Source of the DNA: an uncultured Mycoplasmatota bacterium | Lineage (GTDB): Bacteria; Bacillota_I; Bacilli_A; RF39; UBA660 | Length of the DNA: 64,000 bases | Assembly (NCBI GenBank): GCA_900545005.1 | Contig: UQXO01000001.1 | Location: 25,602 to 89,601, forward strand | Direction: 5' to 3' | Part shown: one piece after another, positions 28,271 to 38,309 of the stretch | Position numbering within the stretch: position 1 is the stretch's first letter | How the letters are laid out: the number at the start of each line of letters is the position of its first letter | Notes under the pieces: model-generated | Databases searched by the model: none | What the model was told of the DNA's origin: nothing | The model's input: the letters and a program-made list of their open reading frames with translations, nothing else | Program-made: the position numbers and the translations under genes

Positions 28271-30526
28271 ATGGAGAGCAGTAATTATCTTTTTAAAGAG
28301 AAATATCTAAAGAAAGAATATATTTCTAGATACCTTGATAAGACTACTGATGGTAAGATTAAACCAGAAAATTTTGATTTAGAGAAGTATAATGCTACGG
28401 TATTAGAAAAAAATTATTATAAATACAAATCATATTTTGATACTATGTATAGTGGTATCGATGATAATATTAAGTTAGATGAAGAACAAATAAAAGCAAT
28501 TATAAGCGATGAAGATTATTCTCTTATTATAGCAGGGGCTGGTACTGGAAAGACAACGACGATGGCTGCCAAAGTCAGGTACTTAGTTGATATTTGTAAT
28601 GTTAATCCGCAAGAAATATTGGTTATGAGTTATACGAAGAAAGCTACAGAAGAACTAGATAAAAGAATTAGACTAGATTTTGGTATTCCTGTAAATGTTA
28701 CTACTTTTCACTCGCTTGGGCTTATGTATATTCGTTCCATTTTTAAAGATAGAAAATGTAGTGTGGTTGATGATAACGTTAAAAATAAAATATTTTTACA
28801 ATATTTAACGGAGAGATTATTTGCCAAAAAAGAAAGTTTAAAAAAGTTAATAGAAGTTTTTAGTCAGGATAATCTAGTTAAGTTTGGAGATTTTTTTAAG
28901 AAAAATTATATGAATTATAATACTTATGAGGAATTTTTTAAAGCTTATAAAGAATTTCGTATTTCACAGATTACGGATTTAGATAGTCATATAAAAATGC
29001 AATTGGATCATGATTATAATCAAGAAAATATATATACTATTAAGAATGAGTTAGTTAAGTCTAAAGGAGAGGCAATGATTGCTAATTTTCTTTTTATGCA
29101 TAATATCTCCTATGACTATGAAAAAGTATATCCAGAGTTATTAGATAATAATAAACCTTATCACCCTGATTTTACTGTTTATCTTGGTAGTGAAGAAATT
29201 TATATCGAATATTTTGGGCTATCAGAAGTTGATGATGGTAAGTATAATTGTTACAAAAAGAATATGATAGAAAAAATTAAATATCATAGAATTCATCATA
29301 ATAAATTCATTGGTCTTGATTATAATGAAGGACAAAACTTACTTAGTAATTTAAGAACATCATTAGAGCATCTAGGATTTAATTTAGAAAAAATAGATAA
29401 TAGAGAGATAATAAGTAAACTTTTAGATAGACATTCTTTAGGACAAGTTTATTCTTTGAGAAACTTATATTTTAATTGTATAGAAAAGATTAAATCCTCG
29501 GTTAATAGAAATCTTGCTGATACGATTATTAAAAATTATTTAAATGATTTACTTAATCCAGATGAAAAGGAAATTAGTGAGATACAATATCGTTTTATTT
29601 GGGATTTTTATAAGTATTATCAAAAATTCTTGTTTAGTAGTCCCAGCGAATATAAATTTGATTTTCCTGATATGATCTATTATGCTAATAAGTATATTAG
29701 CAGGGCTAATGATAAAGAGTTAAATTTTAAATATTTAGTAATTGATGAGTATCAGGATATTTCCCAGGATAAGTATACTTTAGTAAATAATATTATTATA
29801 AAGAATCATGCAAAGATTGTGGCGGTCGGTGATGATTGGCAGTCTATTTATACGTTTAATGGGTCAAAGATAGGATATATTTATAATTTCCAGAAGTATT
29901 TTCCTTATGCTAAGATATTATATATTTCAAGGACTTATCGGAATAGTAAAGAGCTTATTCGTTATAGTGGTAAGTTTGTTATGAAGAATCCTATGCAGAT
30001 TAAGAAAGACCTAATTTCTAGTAAAAGTATTGAAAATCCAATTAGATTTATAGAATTTGATGATGAAGTTAATAAGGTTAAAGAATTAATAATTAATATT
30101 TATTTAAAACATCCAGATTATAAAGTCTTAATTTTAGCAAGAAAGAATAAAAATATTAAGGAACTGTTTAATGATGAGAATTTTAGAGATAGCGTCGGCA
30201 CTAAAGTTACTTTAGCAGGATTTGAAGATATTAAAATAGATGCGATGAGTATTCATAAGTCTAAGGGTCTTACTTATGATGAAGTTATTATTATTGGTTT
30301 AGATAGAGATTTTCCGATTGGAAATAGAAGTAATTTCTGGATAGAGGAATTATTTAGACCAAAAGATAATGAAGAAAGGTATGCCTATGCAGAGGAGCGA
30401 AGAGTCTTTTATGTTGCATTAACAAGAACCAAAAATCATGTGTTTTTACTGGTTAATAATGATTCTTCTTTAAGAAGTCCGTTTATTGAGGAATTATATC
30501 AGATTATAAGAAAAGAGTCTAAGTAA
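28271..30526 (+). CDS. UvrD/helicase-IV-like SF1 helicase with inserted PD-(D/E)xK-like (DUF559/Vsr-like) segment
   Basis: motif I AGAGTGKTTTM, II LVIDEYQD, III VGDDWQSIYTFNG, TYRNS, V SIHKSKGLTYDEV, VI FYVALTRTK; ~190-aa insertion with KSKGEAMIANFLFMHNISYDYE...YHPDFTVY...IYIEYFG. Confidence 0.75.
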   Translation: MESSNYLFKEKYLKKEYISRYLDKTTDGKIKPENFDLEKYNATVLEKNYYKYKSYFDTMYSGIDDNIKLDEEQIKAIISDEDYSLIIAGAGTGKTTTMAAKVRYLVDICNVNPQEILVMSYTKKATEELDKRIRLDFGIPVNVTTFHSLGLMYIRSIFKDRKCSVVDDNVKNKIFLQYLTERLFAKKESLKKLIEVFSQDNLVKFGDFFKKNYMNYNTYEEFFKAYKEFRISQITDLDSHIKMQLDHDYNQENIYTIKNELVKSKGEAMIANFLFMHNISYDYEKVYPELLDNNKPYHPDFTVYLGSEEIYIEYFGLSEVDDGKYNCYKKNMIEKIKYHRIHHNKFIGLDYNEGQNLLSNLRTSLEHLGFNLEKIDNREIISKLLDRHSLGQVYSLRNLYFNCIEKIKSSVNRNLADTIIKNYLNDLLNPDEKEISEIQYRFIWDFYKYYQKFLFSSPSEYKFDFPDMIYYANKYISRANDKELNFKYLVIDEYQDISQDKYTLVNNIIIKNHAKIVAVGDDWQSIYTFNGSKIGYIYNFQKYFPYAKILYISRTYRNSKELIRYSGKFVMKNPMQIKKDLISSKSIENPIRFIEFDDEVNKVKELIINIYLKHPDYKVLILARKNKNIKELFNDENFRDSVGTKVTLAGFEDIKIDAMSIHKSKGLTYDEVIIIGLDRDFPIGNRSNFWIEELFRPKDNEERYAYAEERRVFYVALTRTKNHVFLLVNNDSSLRSPFIEELYQIIRKESK

Positions 30527-30557
30527 AAAATGAATGATTTCTACTTAGACTTTTTTT
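30517..30557 (+). terminator. rho-independent terminator of helicase gene
   Basis: GTCTAAGTA-N16-TACTTAGAC then T7; stem includes stop codon. Confidence 0.55.
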
Positions 30558-30687
30558 AGCCTTATAGTTAACTTTATAGTCAAGAAATTTGCTAACCATA
30601 TAACGATTATATTCTATTGCTTACAGGAAAGTTTTCACCATGTTTTTAAACCCAATTGTCTTAATATATGGTAATAAAATACATTAT

Positions 30688-32319
30688 TTACAAAGACTGC
30701 TTAGAACTTTCTTTTATAGTATTGTCCTCTAAAAAATATTTTTGACTATTCATATATGGTTTTAGCAGCCATGGACTTTTTTGAAAAAGTCTTTTTGTGG
30801 TATCTTTGTCACTTTTAGGAATATAAAGATATTCTAGTCTTCTATTATCCCGAAGAAAACCGAAGTAACGCATTGAATCTCCATTGTCATTTAGACTTAG
30901 ATTAGGAAAGTAACCTTTTTCGAGAGTGGTATTTCTTAAAAGAAAATAGTTACTAACATCTTGTAATTCAGGAACATTTAATTCTTTTAAGTTATCTCCT
31001 TCGGCAATAAAAGCTTTTCCAATATAATTTAATTTAGGAAGGTTTAGACTTTCTAATGATAAATTATTACATAAAAAATCGTTACCTATTTCTTTTAACT
31101 CTGGGGCATTAAAATGAGCAAGAACTTTATTTTGAGCAAGAAACGAGTCCCCTATATATAGAACATTTGGAAGATTAATAACCGATAATTTCTCATTAAG
31201 TATCAAGAAGCCGCTACCAATTTGCTTAACATTAGGAATATTTATTTGACTTAAGCCGACATTAGTTCTTAAGAAGTTTTTACCTATACTTTTTATATCA
31301 GCATTTGAAAAGCTAATAATATTGCCACCTTGGTCAACGATAACTTCAATTGATGGATAAAGTGCCGTTACAAATTTAATTAATCTTTCTTTCTGAGAAA
31401 TTTTAGTAACAGTTATTTCTTTAATATCACTTAGCATTTCATCAAATGCACCAGCAAATTTAGGAAGAAGATTGATTATTTTTTTAGTGGATAAATCTAA
31501 AACATAAGTGTCCATTAATATATAGCGTTCTTTTTCTAAAGCATAAGTGGCATCAATTTGATGATTTCTAATTATATAGTTATTTTCACAAAAGTAAATA
31601 TTATTATTTTCAATGTTATAATGATAATATCTACGGTCATTTCCTCTCACAAAGTTGTCCAATTCTAAGACATTAAAAGCATTGGAGTTAATATTCAGAT
31701 TATAGGTAGTCTCAAAAGCATGAGTAAGACCAGAGATAATATTGTCTAAATTATTGTAAAAAGTATTATCGGGATTATTAACAGTATGATTATATCTATT
31801 TTTTATAGATAAAGTATTGGCTTTATCACGAGAAAATTGAATACTAATTACACTGGTGCCATACTCATCTTCACGTTGTGGTTTACTAAAGTTTTCTCTC
31901 TTAATTTCATCAACATTATCTTTAACAGCAAAAAAGACATAATGGGTATTTAATCGTCCACCATCAAAAGTGCATAATTTTTCTCTTGGAGCATAATATT
32001 TCTTAAATTCTTGAATTTCTTTCTCTGTATGACATTCATATAAAGTATAGCCTGCCATTTTCATAAGCTCTTCAGCACTCTTATTTACCGTTATTATCTC
32101 AGATTCAACGTCGATAAAACTATAAATAAAGTTTTTAAAATTACATTCTTTATTCTGAGATTTTATTTCTGCGGCTAAAAATTTAGTTGGAGCAAAATGT
32201 TCTTCCAAAATACTTAAAAGTAGACCTTCGTGTTCTAGGATAGTAGGAAAAAGGCTACGACATAAGTGCATTGTTTCTTCACCATAGATTTTTTTTATTT
32301 TCTTTAATTCACTATTCAT
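30688..32319 (-). CDS. cytoplasmic leucine-rich-repeat protein (BspA/LRR_5-type repeats in C-terminal half)
   Basis: about 7 tandem ~22-aa units LxLPxLxxIGxxFLxxNxxL; no signal peptide. Confidence 0.55.
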   Translation of the reverse strand: MNSELKKIKKIYGEETMHLCRSLFPTILEHEGLLLSILEEHFAPTKFLAAEIKSQNKECNFKNFIYSFIDVESEIITVNKSAEELMKMAGYTLYECHTEKEIQEFKKYYAPREKLCTFDGGRLNTHYVFFAVKDNVDEIKRENFSKPQREDEYGTSVISIQFSRDKANTLSIKNRYNHTVNNPDNTFYNNLDNIISGLTHAFETTYNLNINSNAFNVLELDNFVRGNDRRYYHYNIENNNIYFCENNYIIRNHQIDATYALEKERYILMDTYVLDLSTKKIINLLPKFAGAFDEMLSDIKEITVTKISQKERLIKFVTALYPSIEVIVDQGGNIISFSNADIKSIGKNFLRTNVGLSQINIPNVKQIGSGFLILNEKLSVINLPNVLYIGDSFLAQNKVLAHFNAPELKEIGNDFLCNNLSLESLNLPKLNYIGKAFIAEGDNLKELNVPELQDVSNYFLLRNTTLEKGYFPNLSLNDNGDSMRYFGFLRDNRRLEYLYIPKSDKDTTKRLFQKSPWLLKPYMNSQKYFLEDNTIKESSKQSL

Positions 32320-32329
32320 TTAAAAACTC

Positions 32330-32605
32330 CTATCCATAGTATCTTTGTAAATAATATTCATAGTCTTGACCAACTATTTTGATAATATCATCTTTAATAT
32401 CTTTTTTCTTAGCATATACTCCCCCGATAAGACCAAAGGTATAATCACCAAGTTCAACTACTAAATTATCTGGCATATAAAGGTAATCACCAACTTTTGG
32501 CTTCTTCTCGATACCTTTAAAGTTCAAGTGCATACGATATTCTTTTTGGTCATTTTCTAAAATATAAGCATATGGCTCGATTGATTTTATACTTAATTTA
32601 ATCAT
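32330..32605 (-). CDS. small hypothetical protein (possibly DUF3006-like)
   Basis: 91 aa ORF 10 nt downstream of LRR gene; weak resemblance only. Confidence 0.25.
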   Translation of the reverse strand: MIKLSIKSIEPYAYILENDQKEYRMHLNFKGIEKKPKVGDYLYMPDNLVVELGDYTFGLIGGVYAKKKDIKDDIIKIVGQDYEYYLQRYYG

Positions 32606-32673
32606 TATTCTAGTCTCCTTATATTAAAATTTTAGCAGTTTTAGAGTATTTAGTAAATATTTAAGTAATTTCT

Positions 32674-33369
32674 TTACTCATTCTTGTCAGTTAAAATTGT
32701 ATACATAATATCTGCTATCTTAGAGCAAGCACTGGGTAGAAATTCATCATAAGTAATACGATTATTATTATTTGGACAGTCGGATATACTTCTTAACACT
32801 AGGCAAGGAACTTGACATAAGAAGCATACTTGACCGATAGCAGCTCCTTCCATTTCTACACACAAGGCGTGAAATTTCTGGTTAATTTTAGTAGCCATAT
32901 CTTTAGATGTACAAAATATATCTCCTGATGCAATTATTCCTAGTTTATAAGAAAGCTTTTTTGGCTCTAATATTCTTTGGGTGTTGATAACTAAAGAGTT
33001 ATCAACAGGTATAGTATCACCAACATTAGGAATATAACCTTTTTTATGATTAAACGCCGTAATATCAAAATCGTGTTGAACTAAAGAAGTTGAAATTACA
33101 ACATCACCAACGGCTAGGGATTCATCAATGCCTCCGGCCACCCCAATATTATAGATAGTATCGGGATGATAATTATCAATTAATATTTGAGTAGTGCGAC
33201 CAGCATTTACTTTACCAACCCCACTTTCTACTAAGATTATTCTTTTATTATTTAATTCTGATTCATAGAATATTAAATCATATATTTTATTTACTCTTTG
33301 AAGAGATAAATACTTTTTTAAAGCGCTTAATTCCTCATTCATTGCAAAAATTATACCAATTGTTTTCAT
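32674..33369 (-). CDS. mtnN: 5'-methylthioadenosine/S-adenosylhomocysteine nucleosidase
   Basis: IGIIFAMNEE, ESGVGKVNAG, CVEMEGAAIGQVC motifs. Confidence 0.85.
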   Translation of the reverse strand: MKTIGIIFAMNEELSALKKYLSLQRVNKIYDLIFYESELNNKRIILVESGVGKVNAGRTTQILIDNYHPDTIYNIGVAGGIDESLAVGDVVISTSLVQHDFDITAFNHKKGYIPNVGDTIPVDNSLVINTQRILEPKKLSYKLGIIASGDIFCTSKDMATKINQKFHALCVEMEGAAIGQVCFLCQVPCLVLRSISDCPNNNNRITYDEFLPSACSKIADIMYTILTDKNE

Positions 33370-33444
33370 ATTTCATTCTCCTAAACTTTGCCTTTTAATT
33401 AGTATTTAAAAGTGTCTTGATTATACAATATTTATTGGAAAATA

Positions 33445-33480
33445 AAAAGCCCTAAAAGAAAACTTTTTAGGAGCTTTTTA
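33445..33480 (-). terminator. hairpin terminator between MMPL gene and mtnN
   Basis: AGCTCCTAAAAAG-loop-CTTTTAGGGCT flanked by T/A runs. Confidence 0.45.
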
Positions 33481-33484
33481 GTCT

Positions 33485-36400
33485 TTAATTTACTTTCTTA
33501 TTTTTAATTATTAACTTATCGGCACAAGCAAGCATACTAGGTAAAATAATAAGCATTAACAACATTGAACACAAAGTACCAATCGAAATAGTCTTACATA
33601 TCATTGCTGCAATATGGGAAGCAAATTTACCCACTATTAAAGTTACAATAATTAAAATAGAAGCACTTGTTAATATCGTATGAATAGATTTATTATAAGA
33701 GTTAATTAAGGCCTCTTTAATATCCATAGTTCTTCTTGATTCTAAATAATATGAAGTATAAAGGATAGCATAATCAATAGTAGCGCCCATTAAGATACTT
33801 TGAACAATTAGTAAGGCAATAAAATATACAGAGCCCCCAGCAAAAGTTAGAGTATCCATCGTAATGTAAACGGCACATTGGATTAAGAATACTAAAATAA
33901 TGGGAATTAAAATTGATTTAAAGGTAAAGGCTACAACAACAAAGATAAAAATCATTGTCAAAACAGTTATTAGGTTCATTTCCCCATCAAATGATTTACT
34001 CATTTCCAGAGCCATTGGCGAGTCTCCTATAACATAAGCATTTTTACCATTCATATGATCTTTAACAGCAGTAATGAAGTTGTACGTTTCCTCTCCTTCA
34101 GCTTCTAAGGTTGTATTAAAGATAGCACGATTATAATCTTTTCCTACTAATAATTCTTTAGCATCACCAATAGTAGTTTTAGCATCACTAACTTTAGCAC
34201 GCATCTCCTTATCTATAAAATCATCAAAACGACTATCCGTTAAGATATCATCATTAATATAACGAACAAATTCTTCAACAGTTAAAGTCCAATCTTCATT
34301 ATAATGATTAACACTTCCATAATAGATGAATAATAAGTCCATAGTATTCTTATCAATATTATCAGCTAAGGGATTAATAAGTGCTAACATTTCAGTTAGA
34401 TTGAATTTAGTATTTTTCTTAACTGATTCCATAATCGCACGAACAGTATTTAGTTGACTCTTCATATCATCAGTAAACATAGGAGCATATTTTCTATCGT
34501 TTACAACATTATCTAATAAATAATTAACAAAGGTATCTAAAGATAAAGTAACTTTTTTACCATTTTGAACTTCATATAGGGAGTATAATAGTTTCAAATC
34601 ATCTTTAGAGGCATTAATTAAGTTAGCCATATCATAATAACTATATTTAGTATTATTATAAACAGAGTCCATAACAGTATTAACAAGGGTTAATTTACTT
34701 AGAGAATTATTATCAAGAGACCCTTTTAGCATCTCATCATTTTGATGATTAAGTAAGAACTTTGCAAATTCCATTGGTGTAATCATTGTATTAGTATTCA
34801 TAATATGATATAGGGTATAAATTTGTTTTACCATAGCATCCTCTGTACCAATAAGCTTAGCCATATCACTATAATTATATTTAGTACCATTGTTAGTTGA
34901 TTCCATAATATTCTTAGCTAAATTTAAAGTCTCGATGGTTTTCTCATCTAAAATTTTACTAAGAATAGCATTATCTTTATTTTCTAAAATTAGATTAACA
35001 AATTCATATGGAGTTAAATAAATTTCTTTATTTTTAATTAGACCAACAACTTCATCAATTTTTTCTTCCGGAATACCAAAGATACTAGCAATTTTCTTTA
35101 AGGTTACTACTTCTTCATCTGTTATTTCAGCATTTTTAAGAGCTTCTTCTAACTTAGCCAGTAATTTATCAACATCAAGACCTGTTTTTTCTTCAATAAT
35201 ATCTTTATATTTAGTTAATAATTCTTTAATTTCAGCTGGTGTGTAACCGTTAATAGTAACATTTTTTAAATCTAAAATAGAGTTAACATCATCTTTAGAT
35301 AAGTCAAAAATTTTAGCTAATCCATCAATGTCCATCTTAGTATTAATAATTTCTTTATTACTTAAAACTTTTAATAATTTTAAGGAAGCAACAGTATTAT
35401 CAGTAAATAGAGCTTGATATTCTGGATTAGTATAAACTTTATCTAAAGTAAAGTTAACAAATTCATTAATAGTTAATTTTTCATTAATATCTTGTAAAGA
35501 CTCATAGTACATGAATAGCTTATCAACATCATCTTTTGATAATTCAAACATATTAGCTATTTCACTAGAGTTTTTCTTCGTAGTAATATTATTCTTACTT
35601 AAGAATGGTTTAGCTTCTTTCAATAAAGCTTTTTGGTCTTTGGAAATATAAGCTTTATAAGTATCATTTTTTAAGACATAATTATTTATAAAGTTAGCAA
35701 GTTCAGGTAAAGTTATTTTGGTATTGGGATTAGTAGCATTATAAAGAATAAATAATTGGTCGACTTGGTCTTTAGATACTCCTAAGATGCTAGCAATTTC
35801 CCTAGATGTTCTCTTCTTATTTAAAGCATCAATACTAGTAAAGTTTTTAAGTTTAGTAATGTTTTGTCTTATTTCTGGAGTTATTTCTTTAGAAAGTTCA
35901 GCGTTCGGATAAACTTTGGTTTCAATAAAAGTAACTAAGTCATTAAAAGTCATAGTGGTTTCTTGCTTATTGTAGTAATTGAAATAGATTAATTTAAGGA
36001 CATAATCATCAATATCGACATCTTGACCTAAATCACTAAATTTATTTTTTAGTTCATCGTATTTTAAAGGCTCGTTAATAGTATTACCATAACATAAGAT
36101 TTGGTCGATTTTCTCAGTACCTTCTAAAGAACGACAATAAGCCCCAACATAATCTTCCTCATTACTTGGATAGATAAGAGCGATTTGGTTATTTTCTTTA
36201 AAAACTCTGGCGATATCATCTTGTTCATTAGAAGTAAATTCGTATTGTAGATTGCCTTTTAAGAAATAACTTAGCGCAAAGATAATAATAAATAAGAAAA
36301 TTGCCATATGACGAATGCCAAAACTAAAGTTTCCTAACCAATCTAATTTCATAGAGAAATGTTTCTTTTGAGTTTTCTCAATTAGTGAATCAAACATTAA

Positions 36401-37315
36401 GATTAAGGCTGGTAGGGCTAAGAAGATACTTATTAAACTGAATATTACTCCTTTAGCAAGAACAATTCCTAAATCACGACCGATAGTAAAGCTCATAAAT
36501 ACTAAGGCAAGTAATCCGACAATAGTAGTAACTGAACTACTAGAAATAGAGCCAAAAGAATGGTATAAAGCATTTTTCATGGCCTCTTCCTTATTTTTAG
36601 TATGTTCTTTTTCTTGAGTATATCTATTCATTAACATGATAGAATAATCCATAGATAAAGCCATTTGTAAGATAGCACAAATCGAAGTAGTAATATTAGA
36701 GACACTACTAAAAATAATATTGGTTCCTTTATTTAGGAAAACAGCTAAACCAATAACAAATAGAAATAAGAATGGTTCAACATAACTATCACACATAATA
36801 ATTAGAATAATCATTGCACAGAATATTGCAAGAGCAATTACGGCAATATTAAGAACAGGAGCATTACGAGTTGCTACCTCTCCCGAAGTATAGACCTCAT
36901 AGTCTTTATAGTTATCTTTAACACTCTTATAGACATTAGCGGCATTTTTCGAGTCGTCCGCACCATCGACTGTTATTTCATAGAGAGTATATTCATCCTT
37001 ATTATATTTATCAGAATCATCATAAGCAACAGATGAAACTCCCTCTATGTTTTCTAATTCATCTTTAATTTTGTTTTTATCTTCGGTACTTAAATCTTTG
37101 AACATAACATTTAAAGCACTAGTATCTAGTTCTGGGAACTCATCATTCATAATATCCATCCCGATTCTAGTCTCGGAAGTACTTGGTAAGTACTCAGTTA
37201 AATCATAGTTGATATGAACTTTAGTGGAAAGATACAAACAAACTACAGATAAAATTATAAAAATAGTTAGAACATAATTTCTTTTTTCAATAATGAAATC
37301 AGTAACTTTTCGCAT
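33485..37315 (-). CDS. MMPL/RND-superfamily membrane protein with ~750-aa extracytoplasmic repeat region
   Basis: N- and C-terminal MMPL-type TM bundles (SMDYSIML; GATIDYAILY); middle with about 7 repeats of xxxIAxxFxLSKDDVxxLxxLY. Confidence 0.65.
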   Translation of the reverse strand: MRKVTDFIIEKRNYVLTIFIILSVVCLYLSTKVHINYDLTEYLPSTSETRIGMDIMNDEFPELDTSALNVMFKDLSTEDKNKIKDELENIEGVSSVAYDDSDKYNKDEYTLYEITVDGADDSKNAANVYKSVKDNYKDYEVYTSGEVATRNAPVLNIAVIALAIFCAMIILIIMCDSYVEPFLFLFVIGLAVFLNKGTNIIFSSVSNITTSICAILQMALSMDYSIMLMNRYTQEKEHTKNKEEAMKNALYHSFGSISSSSVTTIVGLLALVFMSFTIGRDLGIVLAKGVIFSLISIFLALPALILMFDSLIEKTQKKHFSMKLDWLGNFSFGIRHMAIFLFIIIFALSYFLKGNLQYEFTSNEQDDIARVFKENNQIALIYPSNEEDYVGAYCRSLEGTEKIDQILCYGNTINEPLKYDELKNKFSDLGQDVDIDDYVLKLIYFNYYNKQETTMTFNDLVTFIETKVYPNAELSKEITPEIRQNITKLKNFTSIDALNKKRTSREIASILGVSKDQVDQLFILYNATNPNTKITLPELANFINNYVLKNDTYKAYISKDQKALLKEAKPFLSKNNITTKKNSSEIANMFELSKDDVDKLFMYYESLQDINEKLTINEFVNFTLDKVYTNPEYQALFTDNTVASLKLLKVLSNKEIINTKMDIDGLAKIFDLSKDDVNSILDLKNVTINGYTPAEIKELLTKYKDIIEEKTGLDVDKLLAKLEEALKNAEITDEEVVTLKKIASIFGIPEEKIDEVVGLIKNKEIYLTPYEFVNLILENKDNAILSKILDEKTIETLNLAKNIMESTNNGTKYNYSDMAKLIGTEDAMVKQIYTLYHIMNTNTMITPMEFAKFLLNHQNDEMLKGSLDNNSLSKLTLVNTVMDSVYNNTKYSYYDMANLINASKDDLKLLYSLYEVQNGKKVTLSLDTFVNYLLDNVVNDRKYAPMFTDDMKSQLNTVRAIMESVKKNTKFNLTEMLALINPLADNIDKNTMDLLFIYYGSVNHYNEDWTLTVEEFVRYINDDILTDSRFDDFIDKEMRAKVSDAKTTIGDAKELLVGKDYNRAIFNTTLEAEGEETYNFITAVKDHMNGKNAYVIGDSPMALEMSKSFDGEMNLITVLTMIFIFVVVAFTFKSILIPIILVFLIQCAVYITMDTLTFAGGSVYFIALLIVQSILMGATIDYAILYTSYYLESRRTMDIKEALINSYNKSIHTILTSASILIIVTLIVGKFASHIAAMICKTISIGTLCSMLLMLIILPSMLACADKLIIKNKKVN

Positions 37316-37483
37316 AATTTTTTCCTCCCTTTAACCCCCATTTTTCTGGGACGCACAACAAATTATATGCAAATAGGTATAAATTATAAAGCACACTTTT
37401 ATGGATAGTGTCTAAATTTTTACAAGTGTTTGCATTTTGTCGCATTTATGTGATATAATTTATCTAGTTTAAAGGTGGTTTAA

Positions 37484-38077
37484 ATGAAAGTCAAGAATAA
37501 AAATCGTTCCTCAATCAAAACAAGACAAAAAATCAGAGAAGCATTTGCCGAGTTGTTAAAAGAAAAAAATGAATTATCTAATATGAGTGTTACTGAGTTA
37601 GTAAAATTAGCTGATATCACCCGTTCAACTTTCTATACACATTATGATTCTATTTATGATGTTGCTAAAGACTTACAGGATGAAACGTTAGAATTGATAT
37701 CAATTTATGACAAGGATATACGTAGTATTAAAGATTTAGATAAGTATATTGACCGAGTTATTAATAATCTAAAAGAAAATGAGGATATGTATAGTACCCT
37801 TCTTCGAAGTAGGGAACCTCTGCTATTCATTGAAAAATTAAGTAATATGATTAACAAGAGATTGATGGATTTTCATATGTTTCAAGAAGGGGATTACAAC
37901 GATCTAATAGTAACTTTCTTTACTTACGGAATTGTTAATTTGTTTGTTAGATATTTTATGGGGGAATTAAAATGTTCTCTAGATGATATTGGGGAGTTTA
38001 TTAAAGGGATGGTTAAGGAGATGCTAAACAACAAAAATGTAAATCAGATGATTAGTATGGATATCAAAAATATATAG
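37484..38077 (+). CDS. TetR/AcrR-family transcriptional regulator
   Basis: N-terminal HTH MSVTELVKLADITRSTFYTHY; divergent from MMPL gene. Confidence 0.8.
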   Translation: MKVKNKNRSSIKTRQKIREAFAELLKEKNELSNMSVTELVKLADITRSTFYTHYDSIYDVAKDLQDETLELISIYDKDIRSIKDLDKYIDRVINNLKENEDMYSTLLRSREPLLFIEKLSNMINKRLMDFHMFQEGDYNDLIVTFFTYGIVNLFVRYFMGELKCSLDDIGEFIKGMVKEMLNNKNVNQMISMDIKNI

Positions 38078-38309
38078 AATGGTTTTAAAAGATTTAGTTA
38101 ATAAGATATGGCTGTTTTTAAAGAAGTAGTCTTTTTCATTTTAAAAAAAGTCCCTATATAAGTAAGGAAAATATTCCTAGATGCATATTATCTTAAGTAT
38201 ATAGTATGATATCTAATGTTATTCTAAAAGACAAGAAGTAATAAGAATTTTTTAATCTTTTTAGAAAATAGTGTACTAGTTAAAAGGGAAAGACAAAGAA
38301 AAAATACTA

